Positions 23,534 to 36,600 of a stretch of DNA of 64,000 nt are shown piece after piece. The position numbers and the translations under genes were made by a program. This DNA comes from Hormiphora californensis. Its lineage: Eukaryota; Animalia; Ctenophora. The DNA lies in the NCBI GenBank assembly GCA_020137815.1, contig CM035351.1, positions 3,658,001 through 3,722,000 on the forward strand. The letters are read 5' to 3'. The notes below the pieces were generated by a model, which was not told the origin of the DNA, did not search any database, and worked only from the letters and a program-made list of their open reading frames with translations. Each line of letters opens with the position of its first letter. The stretch's first letter is position 1.

Positions 23534-23765
23534 CGCCGTTACGATCTGGGTGTTTGGAGGCCTGTTTACAGGTGTGCGCTGCCAAAAAAGTTGATTCACT
23601 AAAATGGCTCTAACCGCCAAACCACTCAACCGTTTTGGCTGATTCAAAGTTTATCTGGTAGGGAATGTCAAGGCCTAACCCCAACCCTAACCCTAACCCT
23701 ACTTTAGCCCTAACCCTAAAAAACCGTTTGTCAGCACTCACGAAACACCCAGATTTTAACGCTGG
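23534..23765 (+). mobile_element. Dispersed MITE with internal CCCTAA repeats (copy 1; copy 2 at 61052-61274)
   Basis: Strong similarity to 61052-61274; imperfect TIRs CGTTACGATCTGGGTGTTT / AAACACCCAGATTTTAACG. Confidence 0.8.
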
Positions 23766-23848
23766 CCCTCATGTTTGTCTGTGTCCAGTACAATAGAATT
23801 TAGATCTAAAGCTGACATTCAAACTTATATTTTGTAGACCATACAGTA

Positions 23849-25428
23849 ATGTTAGGTTTCAAGCGTACTCTTTTACAAAAAAGAGGTCTTTCTCAAGCAA
23901 ATCAGTTACTGGAGCTTGCCTACAAGGGATGGGAGGGGACTATGCCGGAGACATCCTTCGAAGTTCCTCAAGTTGACATCGAGGGAAAACTCCCTGATGG
24001 TTTAAAAGGCACGTATCTTCGAAATGGTCCTGGTTTGATCGAAAAATTTGGACAAAAGTTTGTTCACCCCATCGACGGTGACGGTATTGTTTGTGGTCTA
24101 ACGTTTCATGGTGATGGCAGTGCTCACTTCAAGAGTCGATTTGTGGAAACTGCCGAACGGAAAGCCGAAGAAGACGCAAAACAGTTCCTCTTCCGTGGCC
24201 AAATGGGTACAATTTCAGCTGAACAGAGGGAAGAGGACACAAAAGCCGTCGCTGAGGCGATCAGAACAGGGAAACTACCTAAGATTAAATTCAGAAATCC
24301 TTCAAATACTAATGTCTGGCATTGGGGTGACAGACTGATAAGTGCTTACGAAACCTCACCTCCGTATGCTCTTGATCCATTTGATTTGTCAACCATTGGG
24401 AAGGAAGATCTCAACAAGACTCTATCCTTGAAAAGACTGGCTGCACATTTCCGTATAGACACGACTGATCCTGAAAACCCTCGGCTGGTAACGGGGAGTT
24501 TCGTGAGAAGCCCTCTTTTACCGGATGCATCCCTTCAAATAAACGAGTATAACTGGGACTGGTCTCTTCACAAGTCCCATACGTATTCCGTCCCTGGTCT
24601 CTCCTATTTCCATGATATGGCCCTTATAGACGGCTACTACGTGATCCACAACAGCCCCTTTGTAACTCTATCACCTGAAGCGGGGGCCAAGTACCTGTCG
24701 GGTCAAGCGGGTCCGGAAGATAACATGAAACTAAACAAGGATTTGCCGTGTCAACTAATCTTTCTTCCTAAGGAGGGAAACGCCAAGAAACAAATCGTTA
24801 TTGAAAGTCCCATTGCCTTTCACACATACCATTTCGGTACGTGTTACCGTGAGGGATCCAAAGTCGTGCTCACCACCACTGCACTGCAGGATAAATTCGA
24901 CATGTCCTGGGAGTGGAGGTACTGGTTGTCCAACATGTGCAAAGCACCCGGTAAGTTTAACCGTTTGGATATTGATCTGGAGAGGGAAACTAGCCGAGAT
25001 GTATGAGATCGATCCGGCTAGTAATGAGTTCCCTTGTTCCCATCCCTTCCGACATGGACACTGTTGGTACTCGGTACAACTACCTTCATGGGCTGTGACG
25101 AGCCCGGCCGAGGTCTTCCCTTCATGGACGTGGTGAAGGTAGATGCAGAGAGGGGAGTTGAGGCGAGGGAGAAAGTGGAGGGCTGATGGGTTGGTTGGGG
25201 AGGTGGTGTTTGCTCCTCGGGCTGGGATACAAATCCTCTACTGAGCTTGATGAGGATGATGGATGGTTGATAACCCAAATGTTCAATCCAAACCGACCTG
25301 ATGAGTCACAGTTTCTAGTGCTGGATGCGAAGGATGTCTCATCGGGACCCGTTGCACGGGTGAAGGTCAACTTTAAAGTTAATTACTCCTTCCATGGAAC
25401 TTTTACCCCCGATGTTTTTCTTAATTAA
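23849..25428 (+). CDS. Intronless carotenoid/apocarotenoid cleavage oxygenase (RPE65/CCO superfamily, ACO/lignostilbene-dioxygenase-like); clustered 1-nt indels at about 24990-25222
   Basis: GTYLRNGPG, HPIDGDGIV, NPSNTNV; four Fe-ligand His (AAHF, FHDM, YHFG, FHGTF); after indel correction EFPCSHP, GEVVFAP, EDDGWLI, LDAKDVSSGPVARV. Confidence 0.92.
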
Positions 25429-25748
25429 ACAAATCTTTTCTTCATCCGCTTCAGGAGCGCAAATTTAATCAATTTTTATTCGGTTGGATCTTAAAATGTA
25501 TACGTATGATTTGGCAACATTTGCCCGTTTTTTGTGTTTTTATTGGTGTTTTTGTGCACTGTAATTTATTGATGGCGTAAACGTCGTGTATCCGTTCATT
25601 TATAAAACCAGTCTAGTTTTATATTTAGAAGTGAGTCTGACAAGTGCCTGCCAAGAATTACTTCACAGTTCCATCTCTCTCACACACGTATCCTATTTTT
25701 AGCTGTTTTAGCAAACCATGTGCTGCTAATGCGATACAATATGTTGAA

Positions 25749-28700
25749 ATGGGAAAAACATCACAGAGTATAATAGAGAAAATCCATGAACGATCAAACA
25801 AGCGGCCCATCCCGTACAACCATCGGCGGAAGATAATCGAGGATACCCAGAATTGTCGGTACCTGACGGAACGGCCCATTGATATACCTAACAAGTATAA
25901 TAAGGTCTTCGCGTCATCATGGGTCACACAGGACACAGTGATCGTAGGAACAAAATGTAACAAGGTTAGCAATCTTTTTATCTTAGTTGCATGCTGTTTC
26001 TTATGACAGTTAACTATCTCACATTTTATCATATTTAACCATAATCTATGGTAATGTATTAATTGCACTGAACTGCTGTAGACATCACCCACTCACTTCA
26101 TACACACACAACACCCACACACATGACCAAGCCTGTACGACAGGTTATTGATCACCGGCTGTATTACAGCACGAGAGAGCCGTCACTAGTATCGTGCAGT
26201 GATCCGAAGATCATGATAACAATTAATATGACGTGATCAACTGCTATAGCCCAACTGTTCATTCTGAGAATTCTGATACAAAGATATTATTATTATTATT
26301 ATTATTAGTATGTGCCTAGATTAATCGAACTCAGTGGATTCCCTTGGTAACTCCCATGTTAAACAAGGAGATGAAACTGGGGGGTTGGAGTTACCTCATA
26401 TAGCAGTACGGCAAATAATATTAGGTCATTCCATAAAGAATTTCGTGTCCCGATATCTTGAGACCTATTAGAGATAGAGACTTCTACCTAGTTTTAACTT
26501 GTTCAGTGGACGATTCTCTACCTGGAAACATGTTTGGAATAGTATACGACCATTTGAAGTGCTCGAAATTTGGTGCTATGACACCGGAAGTCGTGCTGCC
26601 GCTGCACGGGGTTCCCAGAGTTTTTCAAACGCCGCTGGAACAGAGCCGGTACACATTTTTTACTTTCTACAGTGCTCAATCGATAGCCCATCGTCTAAGG
26701 ATGAGATATATATGTGATTTGGGTCTCGACGCGTTGCCTAAAAACCTCTAGGACAGTAAATGTAACATTAAAAATCGAAAAAGTGCAAAATCTGACCTCA
26801 ATTTTCGGCCTGTTTTGGGGGTATCTTCGAAAACGTCAATTGGTCACTTTTATATGTTGACAAATCAAATAATTGGCTTCACTATGGCATAGAACTTACT
26901 TAGAACTATCTTTTACTGCAAAGTTTTTGATTATAAGCCATTCCTATAAAACGTGAAGGGACCCGGAAGTGAAACTTTCCAATTTTTACCAAAATTTTTT
27001 GGAGGCCCATTGCTCAGCCGCGAATAAAGCTAGGATCTTCTAATACGTCTTAAACGAAAGAGAATTGTCTAATGAACAAGCTTGATGCAATAAAACATCC
27101 CACAGATGCAATATTTAAGAAGTACAGCAGTTTCAGTACTATGCACGTTTTTCCCGTGCAGCGGCAATTTGAGTTCAATTTTTTCCGGGTTCGCCGAGAG
27201 CCACCCCTGATCAAAAATTTCAAAATAACTACTGTTGTGAGTAGTCAAGAGCTCAATTAACAAGCTAGAAAAGGGTCTATGTGAATATCTTAAGTACTTT
27301 CGAAAATATCGGGACACGAAATTCTTTATGGAACGACCTAATATCTTTGTATCAGAATTCTCAGAATGAACAGTTGGGCTATAGCAGTTGATCACGTCAT
27401 ATTAATTGTTAACCATAATCTCTCTCTTACTGAGAAAGACTTTCTCTCCCCTCTCATACACACTCTTTCCTTCACTCTCTCCCTAATCCCCCTCTCCCTC
27501 TACTACAGTTACTAGAGATAAACGTGCTGAACGGTTTAAAGCGAGAGGTTCCATTATTAAGATCCCCAGTGCCCCGGGAAGTACCCGATAATAGTGCCGG
27601 AATTCACTCAATCGCCATCAACCCCAGCAAAACATTCCTTGCAACTGGGGGACATAATGTAAACGATCTGGCCCTTTACACATTACCAGATTATGAGCCA
27701 TACGCAGTGGGGGAGTTTCATCATAATTGGCTCTTTGGGGTATCGTGGATCAACGATTTCGTACTTTGTACTGGTAAGTGCTTTCACTAATCAGTAATTG
27801 TAAGTGTTGTAAGTGTTGTGAGTGGTTGGGGAGGGGGCTGTAACCATATCTACTATATTTTGCTTTTCATCATAACGTGATACTTGCATTATGTATGTTT
27901 CTCTCTCTTTATCTCTGCCCTATTTTCACTGCCCGCTCTCTATCTCTCTTGCAAAGTGACCCCTCCCCGACACAACGCAAACACAATGAGCTCTTCTTCA
28001 GATCTACTCAACTCGAATATCTGGGCATTGTTCCACGCTGGAACAGAGAATGTTTGTGTTTTGTCTAAAAATAGAGATCATTATAATATCATTCTGTCTC
28101 TTTTTCTCTCTGTTTCCATTCTGCCATTCTAGCCACAACAACTCCATCACTCACTCAAACAGGAAATGCTTTTACTATCCGTTCTAATGTATCATGTGAT
28201 CGGAAGGAGAAAAATGAGGAAGAAACGACATAGGAGATGGGAGAGAGAAAGAGAAAAAGAGAAAGGAGTAGAGAGAGGGAGAAGGATAAAGTAGGAGAGA
28301 TAAAATGGATGGATCAATTAGATCATTACTACTCCGAATTGTGTGTGTGTAACCGCACACCAGCAAACAATGACCCCGCCTTGTCGACCACTAGACCACT
28401 GTGATACACTTATCTGTTATCTGGATGGTGGCTTTGTGGAACTTTCAGTCTGCCTGGAAATTTAATTAAACAAGGAAATTAAGGAAAGGAAATTAAACAT
28501 GATCGATCACACTCAGTTACCAGGACAGGGAGAGCTAACATCTGTCTGTCTGTCTAATTATTTGTCTAGGGTAAGCTGGGGTGAAATGGCCCGCGGGGTA
28601 AAGTGGCCCATGTATGGGGCAAAGTGGCCCTAGTTATTACATGTGGTCACGTGACTTTTTCTCCAGCGGAGACCTGCTCGTTCTGTTCCGAATTTTCGCT

Positions 28701-29976
28701 TTAAAACTGCTGTCATTTCTGTTTGGGTTGGCCGATTTTAATTTTGCAAAAACTGCCAGTTAGGCTTTATAATTCTCTAAAACGTGGTATAAAAATTTTT
28801 GAAGAAATTGGCATTTTTGTTGTCTTAAAGTGAGAGTGGACCGAATCAAAATTGGACAAGTTTATTGTAGGTAGTAGAGATTAGCTTCCTGAGCATTTTG
28901 CGTTTTTGCCGCTCAAAATCGACCCACCCATCACTGAGATATTTTTGTTATGTTGGGAGAATTCCTGCTGGATCAATATTTATCAAACAGGATAGAAACA
29001 ATCCTTGTGTTTTACTAACACATTCTTTAAACTTTTAATATGCTGGCTTGCATTGCCCTGCTTCTGTGCATGGACATGTCAACATCACTGCTGATATTCA
29101 GAATGTGTTAGTAAAACACCAAGATTGTTTCTATTCTGTTTTATACATACTGATTAAACAGGAGTTCTCCCAACATAACAAAAATATCTCAGTGATGGGT
29201 GGGTCGATTTTGAGCGGCAAAAACGCAAAATGCTCAGGAAGCTAATCTCTACTACCTACAACAAACTTGTCCAATCCTGATTCGGTCCACTCTCACTTTA
29301 ATTGTCAATTTTGTGAAATCGGGGCAAATATGGCCCACTCTCCGGGGCAAAGTGGTCCGGTCTGGGGCAAAGTGGCCCACCTCTAGGACCAATGAAATGG
29401 CGCCTGCAATACCACGTGATATTGGAATGCACAAAAATGTAGTACAGACGATCAAATTAGGGGCAAAGTGGCCCATGTTCCGGTGCAGAACATGGGCCAC
29501 TTTGCCCCTAGTTTGATCGTTTCGTCTAACAACACCAGGCACGTGATAAAATCGAGCAATGCTATTGGCTTGGGCCACTTTGCCCCGGTGCAAATTTTCC
29601 AAAAAACGCCTCACCAAATTATTTGAATTGATTAATTAACCCATTAAATAAAACTTGTAGATAATAAAATTTAGCTCGGCTGAAAGGAAAAGGTTTCATT
29701 GGATAGCCTATATAATTTTTTTCTTCCTGCTGTATAAATTGCGTATTTTAGAACCTAAAACGTTAAAAGTGGGCCACTTTTACCCCAGCTTACCCTATTT
29801 ATCTGTCTGTCTATATAATGTCTCAGGTAGTTACATCATGAAACCATGTACCACGTGGAATGTGTGCACATGTGTGGGCCTTGTTAAGTGTAAACAATGC
29901 GATGACGTGTGTGTGCAGTGTGGCAGGCGAAGTATGCAAACAAGCGTAGTGAGTGTAACTACCCCTCTCTCTTCTC

Positions 29977-30033
<57 letters not shown>

Positions 30034-30043
30034 CTCTCTCTTG

Positions 30044-30129
<86 letters not shown>

Positions 30130-32478
30130 AAATGTTCAGCCATGTAATGAGAGAAACTCGAGAAAGGTTTCAAATGACAAACCATGAGCAAAAGGCCAAA
30201 TTTGGTCTTGGTTTCTCCTAAAATTGCTAAGACTCGGGGGATCAGAGAGAAACTGCGCATAAGGGTTGCGTTCTCCTCACCACTACGTTTTCTCCATTTC
30301 CCATCTATTAAATGTTCGGCCATAATTGAGTACAAACCCGAAAACGTTCAACACCTGAGCAAGCAAGGCAAATGTTGGTTCTCAGAAAGTAAGGAGAGAA
30401 TCTGCGGGAGGGGCAGGCCCACCGCGTTGTGTGCCTCACACAATAGTCGCTGCAAGATTGGTAAAATACACACACTGCTTTTAGATGCCAGGGGCGGCCC
30501 CTGGCCGTGTGTGGGCCTGGCTGTAGCGGACACTGCTGGTGTACACACTGCTGACACGCAATCTTAATTACACTATACCTTCATTGTCCTTGAATGTACA
30601 AGGTGGGCCACGGATTGTTAGTAAGGGTTAGCGAGGTGTCGTCATACATTATATGTATGCATAATTGTCATACTACATGTGACTTTGGCCATGTTTGGAG
30701 AGAGCAGTCTTTTTGGAGATTGGAGACAACATGAGCCATTATTATAAGTGTTCTCTGTGTAATTTGGAACCGAGCCTAATGTGGTACACTAGCAAATATT
30801 ATACGCTCTCTCTCTTTAAACCTTCTAACTACCTCTCGACTGTGTAACCGCTGGGGAATCTCTCACTAACCACTTCCTTCATCTCTTATTGGCCCTTCTC
30901 TAACCCCCTCACCCACTACCCCTAACCCCTCCAATCCCTCAAGATTTCTTTCTACCCTTCTCTAACCTCCCCTTCCATCAGGATCTAAAGATGGTTTGGT
31001 GTGTATCTGGACAATATTGGATGTCCAGGGGTTCTCAAACTATGAGCCATCGTGTGGGCTCTACCGAAAAACACCCCTTGAAATTGTTTCCAACCACGAT
31101 ATAGACCGGATTAGAGACATTCACTACAGTCCGGCATGCAAGGTTGGAATCTGAGAGAGGGGGGACAAAGAGAGAAAGGGGGACAGAGGGGGACAGGGAG
31201 AGAGAGGGAGAGACAGAGAAAGAAACAGAGAGAGAATACCCAATTAGAGTATAGACCTCGACTAAATAGTTCTTAATTGCAGAAACTTGCATCGATTGGA
31301 TACGGCAAGGAAAGGGATGAGGCTGTAATCAGTCTGCTTGATGTCAACAATGTCGTAAGTTTATTTGTCCGTTTGTACTTGTACTGTTTGTTTGTTTGTT
31401 TATTTGTCTGTTTGTTTATTTGTCTGTTCGTTTATTTGTCTGTTTGTTTATTTGTCTGTTTGTCTATCTGTTTAATTTTGTAACTCCAGGTTGTTTAATC
31501 TCTATATTCTATGTTTTTTGCTGTCGCAAGTTCTGTGTAGTGTAGTGTGTACTTTGCAACACGTCACATGTGACATTTTAACTTGACAAGTCACAAAAAG
31601 ATAAGACTTTGTGCTATCAATGATTTCTGCAGAAGACCCATTCTGACACTGTTATCCTTTGCAGATGGCTCACCGTGTGGTACAACTTCCGCAAATGCGA
31701 GAAAACATGGCAGTATCGGGTCACGATACCATGCCTGTATTTGCTGTTGGTAGTCTGGATCACCTAATGTTAGTGGACGACCGAGACCCCGCAACTGTCG
31801 ATCTCACCAGTGCCAAGTTACCTGATCCTGCCCAGGGCGTCAGGTGTGTGTGTGTGTACTTTGAACGTCAAAGGCTTTGAGAGTCAAAGCACGTGCTCAG
31901 AAGCACTATAACGTCTCTCTACCGTGCTTGGAGTGGGGGCCACTGTTGGACCTCCGAATTTCCCCCCTATTTTCTACCATCCAATTCCCCAGGTCTCTCT
32001 CGTTTCAAGGGGACATTATAACGGTCGGTGCGTGTAGGACAAGTCTGATGTTTTACGATGTTCGAAAACGGGACTACATCACCGATCATCTGCGAAGTCC
32101 CATCCGACGGCAACTGCAGTACGGCTTTGTGGTAAGGCGCAGGAGTTTTAGACGCGCGCAAAGTACACTACCTCAGTCATCTACTGTATTATTTTTGGAC
32201 GGCAACTCCGTAGATCTATCTTACTGAGAGAGTGGGGTCATGTGACCTGTATGGCCGTGTTTACTCTGTGTACTATTAATAGTAACACGCTCTCTCTCCC
32301 ATTACAGGCTGATAACTACGATTTCCATCAGCACCGGCCGACCTCACTAACCCTTGGTAAATCATTTATCCACAGCATCATGACTCACTGCTATGATGAT
32401 TCCGGACTCCGATTGTTCGCGGCAGGGGGCCCTCTGACTCTTGAGTTGGTCGGCAATTACGCCGCCATCTGGGAATAA
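25749..32478 (+). CDS. DCAF12: DDB1- and CUL4-associated factor 12 (WDR40A); multi-exon
   Basis: NKVFASSWVTQDTVIVGTKCNK, GIHSIAINPSKTFLATGGHNVNDLALYTLP, GSKDG, THCYDDSGLRLFAAGGPL..GNYAAIW. Confidence 0.95.
26217..27411. mobile_element. Nested repeats in DCAF12 intron: outer 73-bp inverted arms enclosing a minus-strand (TAA)n-tailed fragment and a TIR element (26424-27338)
   Basis: 26217-26289 is the reverse complement of 27339-27411; inner TIRs GGTCATTCCATAAAGAATTTCGTGTCCCGATAT / ATATCGGGACACGAAATTCTTTATGGAACGACC. Confidence 0.8.
28569..29795. mobile_element. Non-autonomous TA-flanked TIR element (Tc1/mariner-like) with an internal inverted repeat
   Basis: TA|GGGTAAGCTGGGGTGAAATGGCCC...GGGCCACTTTTACCCCAGCTTACCC|TA; repeated GGGGCAAAGTGGCCC motifs; internal arms about 28830-29035 and 29100-29300. 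Confidence 0.88.
29965..30127. repeat. (CT)n microsatellite
   Basis: Read directly. Confidence 0.95.
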
Positions 32479-33046
32479 CACAAGATGAAGATGTATTAAT
32501 CGTGAAAGTTTCTTTTTGTGTCTTTTTATCATGTAATCTATTTTTCTAGAGATTTGATAATGTATAAATCGTTCACTGGGGGTTGGGCTAGTTAGGCCCA
32601 ACCAAAACAAGAATATTGTTTAAGATTTCTACAACTTGTAGTACTATAAGACTATCTGGGAACAATATTGAACAATCTCGACTCTGTGTTGTCGTCTAAA
32701 TTGCATTTTGGGTTTAATTTTTCCTGTTAGGGTCAGATCCTTTTTTAGTCGAAACCAGAGTCGGGGGTTGTTCTAAGTTAATAGTTTGGGTTTATTCAAT
32801 GAGAGACTGTATTATATAGACTCTAAATAGTGGTATATATATTTTTCATTCTGGGTAGCTTGCCTTGCTTTAATTTACCTAGACCTAGGTTTTTCATTTG
32901 TATTCTGATTTCTGTCTAGATGTCTTTCATTTCATGTATTACAAGGGGCGCTTGTATTCTACATCTTGTTGCAGTACATTCTACTACAAATGGAGTCTTG
33001 TGTTTTATTCGTCTCACCTTGCGGGGCCGGTTTGGTGTGTGTAGTA

Positions 33047-33218
33047 CAGTCGGACCCCGATTTACCGGGCCCCGATTTACCGGAACCCCGATTTACCGGG
33101 AGGGTAAACTTCCCCCGATATAGGAAATTTACGGTATTTCACCCCGATATACCGGGCACCCCGATTTACCGGGCAAAATCCTTTCCCCCGAGCATCCCGG
33201 TAAATCGGGGTCCGACTG
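33047..33218. mobile_element. pogo/Tigger-like MITE, copy 1
   Basis: TA|CAGTCGGACCCCGATTTACC...GGTAAATCGGGGTCCGACTG|TA; near-identical copy at 44037-44207. Confidence 0.92.
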
Positions 33219-33668
33219 TAGTACACAATTAAGTGTATAGTACAGTGTACTGACAGTGTACACTGTACTTCGCCATACAAATTCCGGTACAGTTTGTTCG
33301 GCGACATACTCATTAGAAGGTAATCACGCCAGGGCTGTAAGTGCGATACCTGCCCATTCCCCTCGCTCCGTTCATGTCTCCAGTCCCCGAATTGGTTCCT
33401 CACCCTCAGTGGACAAATCAATGTTTAAAGAACTCGTATCGCGCATCATTCTATAGTTTACCATGCCTTTAAGTGCCGCGCCGCGCGTGAACGATCGAAG
33501 AATCATCTCGCGAACGTGAAATTTACGTTTTTTGAAATCGGAAGACAGAAAATAAAACTTCAGGACCGACTCTAACGCGTTCTGACAATCTATCCGGTTT
33601 CAAAAGGCCTTCTGTACTGTCTTATTGCTGTACCATCCCGATAAAGCGGATATCGGGAACCCTAAGTG

Positions 33669-36600
33669 ATGTCAAAACGGGGTGCAGAGTACAACAATGC
33701 TGCGGTTGCGAAGAGGCCGGCAAATTGCCCATCATATTACAACGTTGGCCTTGTCTCTAATCAAGAGGAGTTAGATGCCAAAGTTCTATTGATTCAGAAC
33801 CAAAATCTTGCTGCTAAAAACGAGTTTCTGCAAACCGAGGTCAAAGACTTTAAATCAAAGTACCACAATTCTAAAAAGGCGTTCGAGATTCACGACATCA
33901 CTATCAGTACTGTTGGAAGAATCTGGGATAATGTAAGTTATGGTCTGATTTGTTCATTTGTTAATTTCGGTATCTCTATTATAATTTGGAGATGAACGTC
34001 GAAGTGGTCGTTCGTTCAGTGCGTTTCTACGCGACAGTGCTCCTTCATAAAACACTTTATAGGCCAAAAGCTGTAAAGCTGTTATTCACACTTTCTGAAG
34101 TTCCAGTGGAAGTTTCTTAATATTTCGAATGACTTTTAACATGCCAGTCCCCATAGTTGCCATGGCAACCGTTTTATGGCAACCGTTTTATAGACGTTGA
34201 AAGGGGCAAAAAGAACCACCCGGCTTCGCCGGGTGGGTTATCGAAAAGCCCTTACTTGAGGCGCACCCAATGGGTGCGCTAGTTGTAATAATAATACGAT
34301 TACGGATGATAATGTTGTAATGAATTAACATTGGTTTTCAGTTGGATAAGGAAGTGATAAACCTACTGTCGCAGTTCACAGATGACCCACCAACACGAGA
34401 ATCCAGTAAGTAAATATCACTCCCATTCCTGTCTTTCGTACATCATCCAATCACAGCAACAGTGCTTTATAATTCTATTTATGTTCTGGTTATTTAGCAA
34501 ATCTTTTCAGATTACTCGGAGGGTGTGGCGATGTTCCTCGAACGGCTTGGTGCAGATGTTAGTGGCGAAGGACTGGAAACAGGGCTCAACGAGAAGCTAC
34601 AATTTACAACATCTCTTGTGGCAAAGTTGTTAGAGCTCATCGAGCAATCTCGTCAGATCTGGAGGGCGAACGGGGAACTTTTTGGATCAGGGGATTGTGA
34701 TCTAGAGGAAATAGTGAAGGAAGAGAATGGTACAGATGAGGCAGGAGTTGGAGAGACTTGCAAACTCGATACCTCGAGATGTCAGGCACTAGAACGGAAA
34801 TCATCCTCAAATGTGTCTGTGTTAGAGGATGCTATTCGAATCAAGGACCACAAAATTATGGAAATAAATGATCAAGTTCAAAAGTATGTACGCGTTTCTC
34901 TGATCAAGTTTTCGTAGAAGTTGTTCCCCGAATTTTCGGTTCTTTAACACCTCTAAATCACCCCTCTAATCCATCACTCAACCCCTCAGGTTGTTGTACG
35001 AGAATGAAAAAGCTCGTGAGCAACTGGAGAGGAACAAGAGGCGGCTATCTGATCTTATCAAACAGCAACAACAACTAGCACAAACGATCAGTAACAACAG
35101 CAGTGCAAATAACAGTGCTGTCACGACGCCCACTGACGTGAAGGAGGAACCGACGGAGGAGAACTCATCTGAGTTACAGATGTTAGCTGATGAGCGACTT
35201 AAAGAGATCCACGAGATTCAGTACAAGTTTGAGAAAACTGTCCGGGTAGGTTGTGTTCGTTTGGTGGCTAATTAGAAATCCAATTATTAAGCAATTTTCG
35301 TTGTCGATTTCTCTGTTTTTAACACATTTTTAATCAGGAACTCGAGTTAGTAAAAGCGGAGACCTCTCGAGCTAAGAATGAGGTTGAGAGCCAACTAACT
35401 AACCAGTACAAGACACTACGGGCTCACTTTACACTTTTACACACGGAGAGTGAGACGTTGAAGCAGCAGTTGGAAGAGACAAAACACCAGCTCACACAGC
35501 GCTGCCAACATCACATGCTGCAACTCGAACAAATAGAGGTAGGTTATCTGCTAAAATCGGTCTGATTCAAAAAGTTTCAATCATAGATTCAACCTTCAAA
35601 GTTTAATAATCCTCCAAGCTACTTTTCTTGATATTGTTGTTACCATGATAAGCCATGAGTTTAACATCTCACCTCACCAGGTAGAGGAGGATGCTGCACA
35701 GAAAAAGATGAAGCAGGAAGTGATTGCGAAAGAGGAGACTCTGGCAAACATGAAGAAAGATTACGAAGTTTTGCAGTTTAAATTCCAGAGGTATCTTGCA
35801 GCGAACGAGCAGACGGGTCCAAGCAACAAGGAGATGAGGAACATGATATCAAGTTTACAGGCCCAGAACACCCTTCTTAAAAATGACGTGGGTCGTGGGA
35901 AAAAGAAGGTAGCGGATCTTGTTCAGCAGATATCCAAGTGCAGATGTAACGAGAAAGAGTTAGAGAAAGAGGAGGGAGGGGCTTTAGAGCCTGCCAAAGA
36001 GGCAAATGTAACTGAAGATTTGAAAGCCAAGGAAGAGGCGCATAAAAAACAGATCAATGAACTTTCAGCGATGATTAAGGATCTCCAGAAACAACTGAAG
36101 ACAAGTCACGATAACCAAAAAGAGCTGAAATTGTTGCTCGATGTCTTCAAGGGTTCGGTTAAGGAATCCAGGAGTAAGGTTGATCTGCTAGCCAGTGAGA
36201 AACGTCTCCAGGAACAAGTAACTGACCTTTCTACTAATTTAAAGAAGAAGGAGAAGGAGCTAGATGTGGCCCAAAAACGGGCAGCTGGACTTTCAGATGA
36301 TGAGATATCAGCACAACTCGCTGTTGAAAAGAAATTGAATGAGAAAATTAAGGGTGAACTAAAGGTAATATTTCATAGTGACTACTGTCGTATAATTCCT
36401 TTTATAATTCCCACTTTAATCATAAATATGATACTCCCGTCTCCCCCTAACTAAACATTCGGTTACTACCAGGAAAAGACGGAGACGAGTGATGCACTGG
36501 TTATTGATTTGGAACTGTTAGGAACTGCCTACGAGGACCTCCAGGAACAAAATATGAGACTTCTACAGCAACTAAAGGAAAAAGATGATGCCAACTTTAA

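Noticed and set aside
23676-23718. Interstitial telomere (CCCTAA)n
   Set aside because: A few degenerate units inside a dispersed MITE that also occurs at 61052-61274.
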